Shown here: piece after piece, positions 61,435-64,000 of the stretch | How positions within the stretch are numbered: position 1 is the stretch's first letter | Layout: each line of letters opens with the position of its first letter | Source: Selaginella moellendorffii | Taxonomy: Eukaryota; Plantae; Lycopodiophyta | NCBI RefSeq assembly: GCF_000143415.4 | Contig: NW_003314417.1 | Coordinates: 1-64,000, forward strand | Direction of reading: 5' to 3' | Length of the DNA: 64,000 bases | Notes under the pieces: generated by a model | What the model was told of the DNA's origin: nothing | Database searches by the model: none | What the model saw: the letters and a program-made list of their open reading frames with translations, nothing else | Position numbers and translations under genes: made by a program

Positions 61435-63599
61435 AGTTGATTTTTCCTTTCCAATTGTATAGTGGAAGTAATGAGTACAAGTCTTTTCTAGTTGCCCTAC
61501 TCTATACATAAAAAACCATTTTTTTAGTCTTGGTTTGTGCAAGCAATTTTTAGCCAAGGCTTGCTTAGTAGAGTTTTGTAGGCAAAATCTTATTATGTCA
61601 TTTTAAGCATAATATAATTGAGTTTGTACTTTAGGCTAGCCATATTGGTTAAGATATTTTTTAATAATTTTAATAAGCCTAACACATCAATCATCAGTTA
61701 TTTTTACATTAAACAGGGTTGGTTGAATTAAATCTAAGCCTAATTCTTTGCAAATACTCTCTTTTAGAATATTTACGCTTGAGCCACCATCGATAAGAGT
61801 TCCAGATAATAGATTCTTGCCAATCTTTATATCAATTGTAGGAACTTTATCATCACAATCCCTTATCTCAATTACAATGGCCATATATAGGATTAAAGTT
61901 TCTTCCTTTCTAAGCGAGAACTCTTTAAACAATGCAACTCTAAAGTAAAGTGTTAAAATGAGAAGTTAACCTAAAGTGATTGTAATTTCGGCATTTAAAA
62001 TGCCTTTCACTGCTTCTTCATCCTTACCATCTAGTTTTAATATAGGATTTTTCTTTTGTGCTAGTGGCAAATTTGTATCACTTTGTAAAGACATGAGACT
62101 TTCTATGTTAGAATCACTATTTTCCAAATCAATTAGTGGTTGCAAGTTTTAAAGTTGTTGAGTGATTTCTGCCTCAAAAGCTACTGCTCTACTGTGAGCT
62201 AGAGTAGGTTAAGTTCCTTACTTTAACATACCTTAATATACCCTTGAGCTTCCTTTTGACCGATGTCAACCACATGGTCAAAATTAGCACCTAACATAAG
62301 GTGTAATATTTTAACCATTTCATTGATTATCTTTATGATTGTTTTGCATTATTGCAAGCATTATTGAATTTGTCAATGTCATCTTTCATCTATTCCATGG
62401 ACTATGAGTGGGTATTTATGGATCTCAAAGAGTTATTGATGACTCCTTAAGGTTTGGGATATCTTGATTACACTTAATCTTTCATTTTGCAGATGAATTC
62501 TTCTAATATCGGTCTTAGAGATATGTTGTTGTAAGAGAGCCCAAGTGTGTTTAGTCAACACCATCCCCTTGCATATATTATTTGTATAATCAATTTGCAA
62601 ACCTTCTAGCACCCCAAATAAGTTGTGTCCTTAGACTCAAATATGCACTTCAACCACTTCATCTTTAAATCAACAAATCTAACAGTTTATAAACATCATG
62701 GATATGTTCCTTCAACATCTCTTCCAAATGGATTAAGACATCATCAATGAAGTAACTAGTCATCTATGGCATATTGCAAAGCTGCTAAAAAGTCGTTAAG
62801 GCATTGTTCGAACTAAACTTCATCACCAAAAACTCATACAAACCAAATAGTGTATAAAAATCAATCTTGGGAATGTTTTCTTTGGCTATTGAATACCTAG
62901 AAGCAAGTTCTAATTTGGTGAACTAATAACTTCTCCCTAGATGATCTAGAAGATCAGTAGTGTGAAGAAGAGTGTACACATCTAGATCTCCACTTTATTT
63001 AATAGATTATAGTTGCTGCAGAAATGTATACTCCCATTAGGTTTTGTCACAAGATAAGGTTCACATGCCCAAGGACTTTGTGATATTCAAATAACACTAT
63101 TTCCCAACATCTCCTTGATGTTTTGCACATAAAATCACTTTTGGTAATTGATAATAAATAAGAACCTTCAATCTTCAACCCCAAATAACAAATCAAATTC
63201 AAAAAGATCGGCATACTTCATGATCCGGTCAACTTGTGCAACATAAAGACCATAGGAGGGATCTTAAGAGGGAATAGAGAAACAAGATGAAACTATAGGA
63301 GACAAAAATATAGGAGGAAGTAATGGGGAAATAAAGGTGATAGAATCAAAGGTAAAATTAAAGGTGAACAGGAATAAAAGTGAGAAGAATGGAAAAAATA
63401 TAAAAAACTATGAAACAAGGGGGAGAAGCCTCAAAATCACACTTGGTATAATTGCACCATAACCAATTCATAAAAAGGATGAGGTTAAAAGCTTCACTTG
63501 CCATCACCCACAACGATTGTAGCTCAAACTCAAGATCACCCATACACACAACTAGGTTTGCCTCATCTTGTGCATATGCATTTGTTTGCTATATAACAT

Positions 63600-63975
63600 G
63601 CCTTTGGGGTTCAAGGCTAAGTTTTCTCTATTCTTCTTCTCTTTTTCTTTTTCCTACATTATTGTCTCTATTTATTTATCACTATTTTGCCAGCAGGGGC
63701 AAGAATGGTTATAAAATCATGTAGTATATATAAGTAGTACTTAGATATGCTGAAAAACAACCCCCACTCACTATTGCATGCATTTGTATTAAATTAACCA
63801 TCTTTTCTCTTGCCTATGATTGTTTGTGTAAAGTAGAGTTGAGAGAGTGATATATGCTTATCCTTACTTACGCCTTTAGGGTTTAAGATTAAATTCTCTT
63901 CTATTCTCTTCTCTTCTCTACGTTATTGTCTTTGTTTGTTTATCACTATTTTATAGGCAGGGGCAAGAACGTAAG
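63600..63975 (+). repeat. Diverged direct repeat, ~260-270 bp period
   Basis: TTTATCACTATTTT...GCAGGGGCAAGAA at ~63674 and ~63939 with similar upstream sequence. Confidence 0.55.
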
Positions 63976-64000
63976 TATAGGCAAAAAAAGCTTTACTCAC

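Larger units (their letters stand above)
51600..62100 (-). mobile_element. Element F: decayed A-related Gypsy (protease, RT, RNase H, integrase remnants), boundaries approximate
   Basis: LIDGGSSVNIL at 61687-61932; QVDTSDNAK|GATLSQ...HPIYYAS rejoins across B3; WFLLLQEY. Confidence 0.85.

Noticed and set aside
62100-63600. Host gene or further TE coding remnant
   Set aside because: AT-rich, short ORFs only, no motif I can support

Overview
Plant nuclear DNA made almost entirely of nested transposable elements, with no ordinary host gene found. TTTAGGG repeats and 47-57 nt spliceosomal introns suggest a seed-free plant with a compact genome such as Selaginella (inference). Junctions and TSDs give a six-level nest: decayed LTR element E > chromovirus-like C > DNA transposon copy D2 > non-chromoviral Ty3/Gypsy A > chromoviruses B1 and B2 > DNA transposon D1 (inside B1). 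A second decayed Gypsy, F, carries B3 and a Cassandra solo LTR. Highlights: (1) D1 is a 13.1 kb Sola-like TIR transposon carrying an 11-exon, ~1626-aa cargo gene (ParB/DndB-like + degenerate DNA amino-methyltransferase-like + FCP1-like phosphatase), with ~25 copies of a 22-bp palindrome scattered through it, often in introns. (2) Chromovirus family B has two retained spliceosomal introns splitting the integrase, plus a putative Gag-terminating exitron that also appears in family C. (3) B3 is a TSD-flanked chimera whose 5' LTR is a 5S-rRNA-derived Cassandra LTR. (4) Element A has a ~640-aa extension fused in frame to its integrase. All domain calls are by-eye motif recognition; no searches were run.
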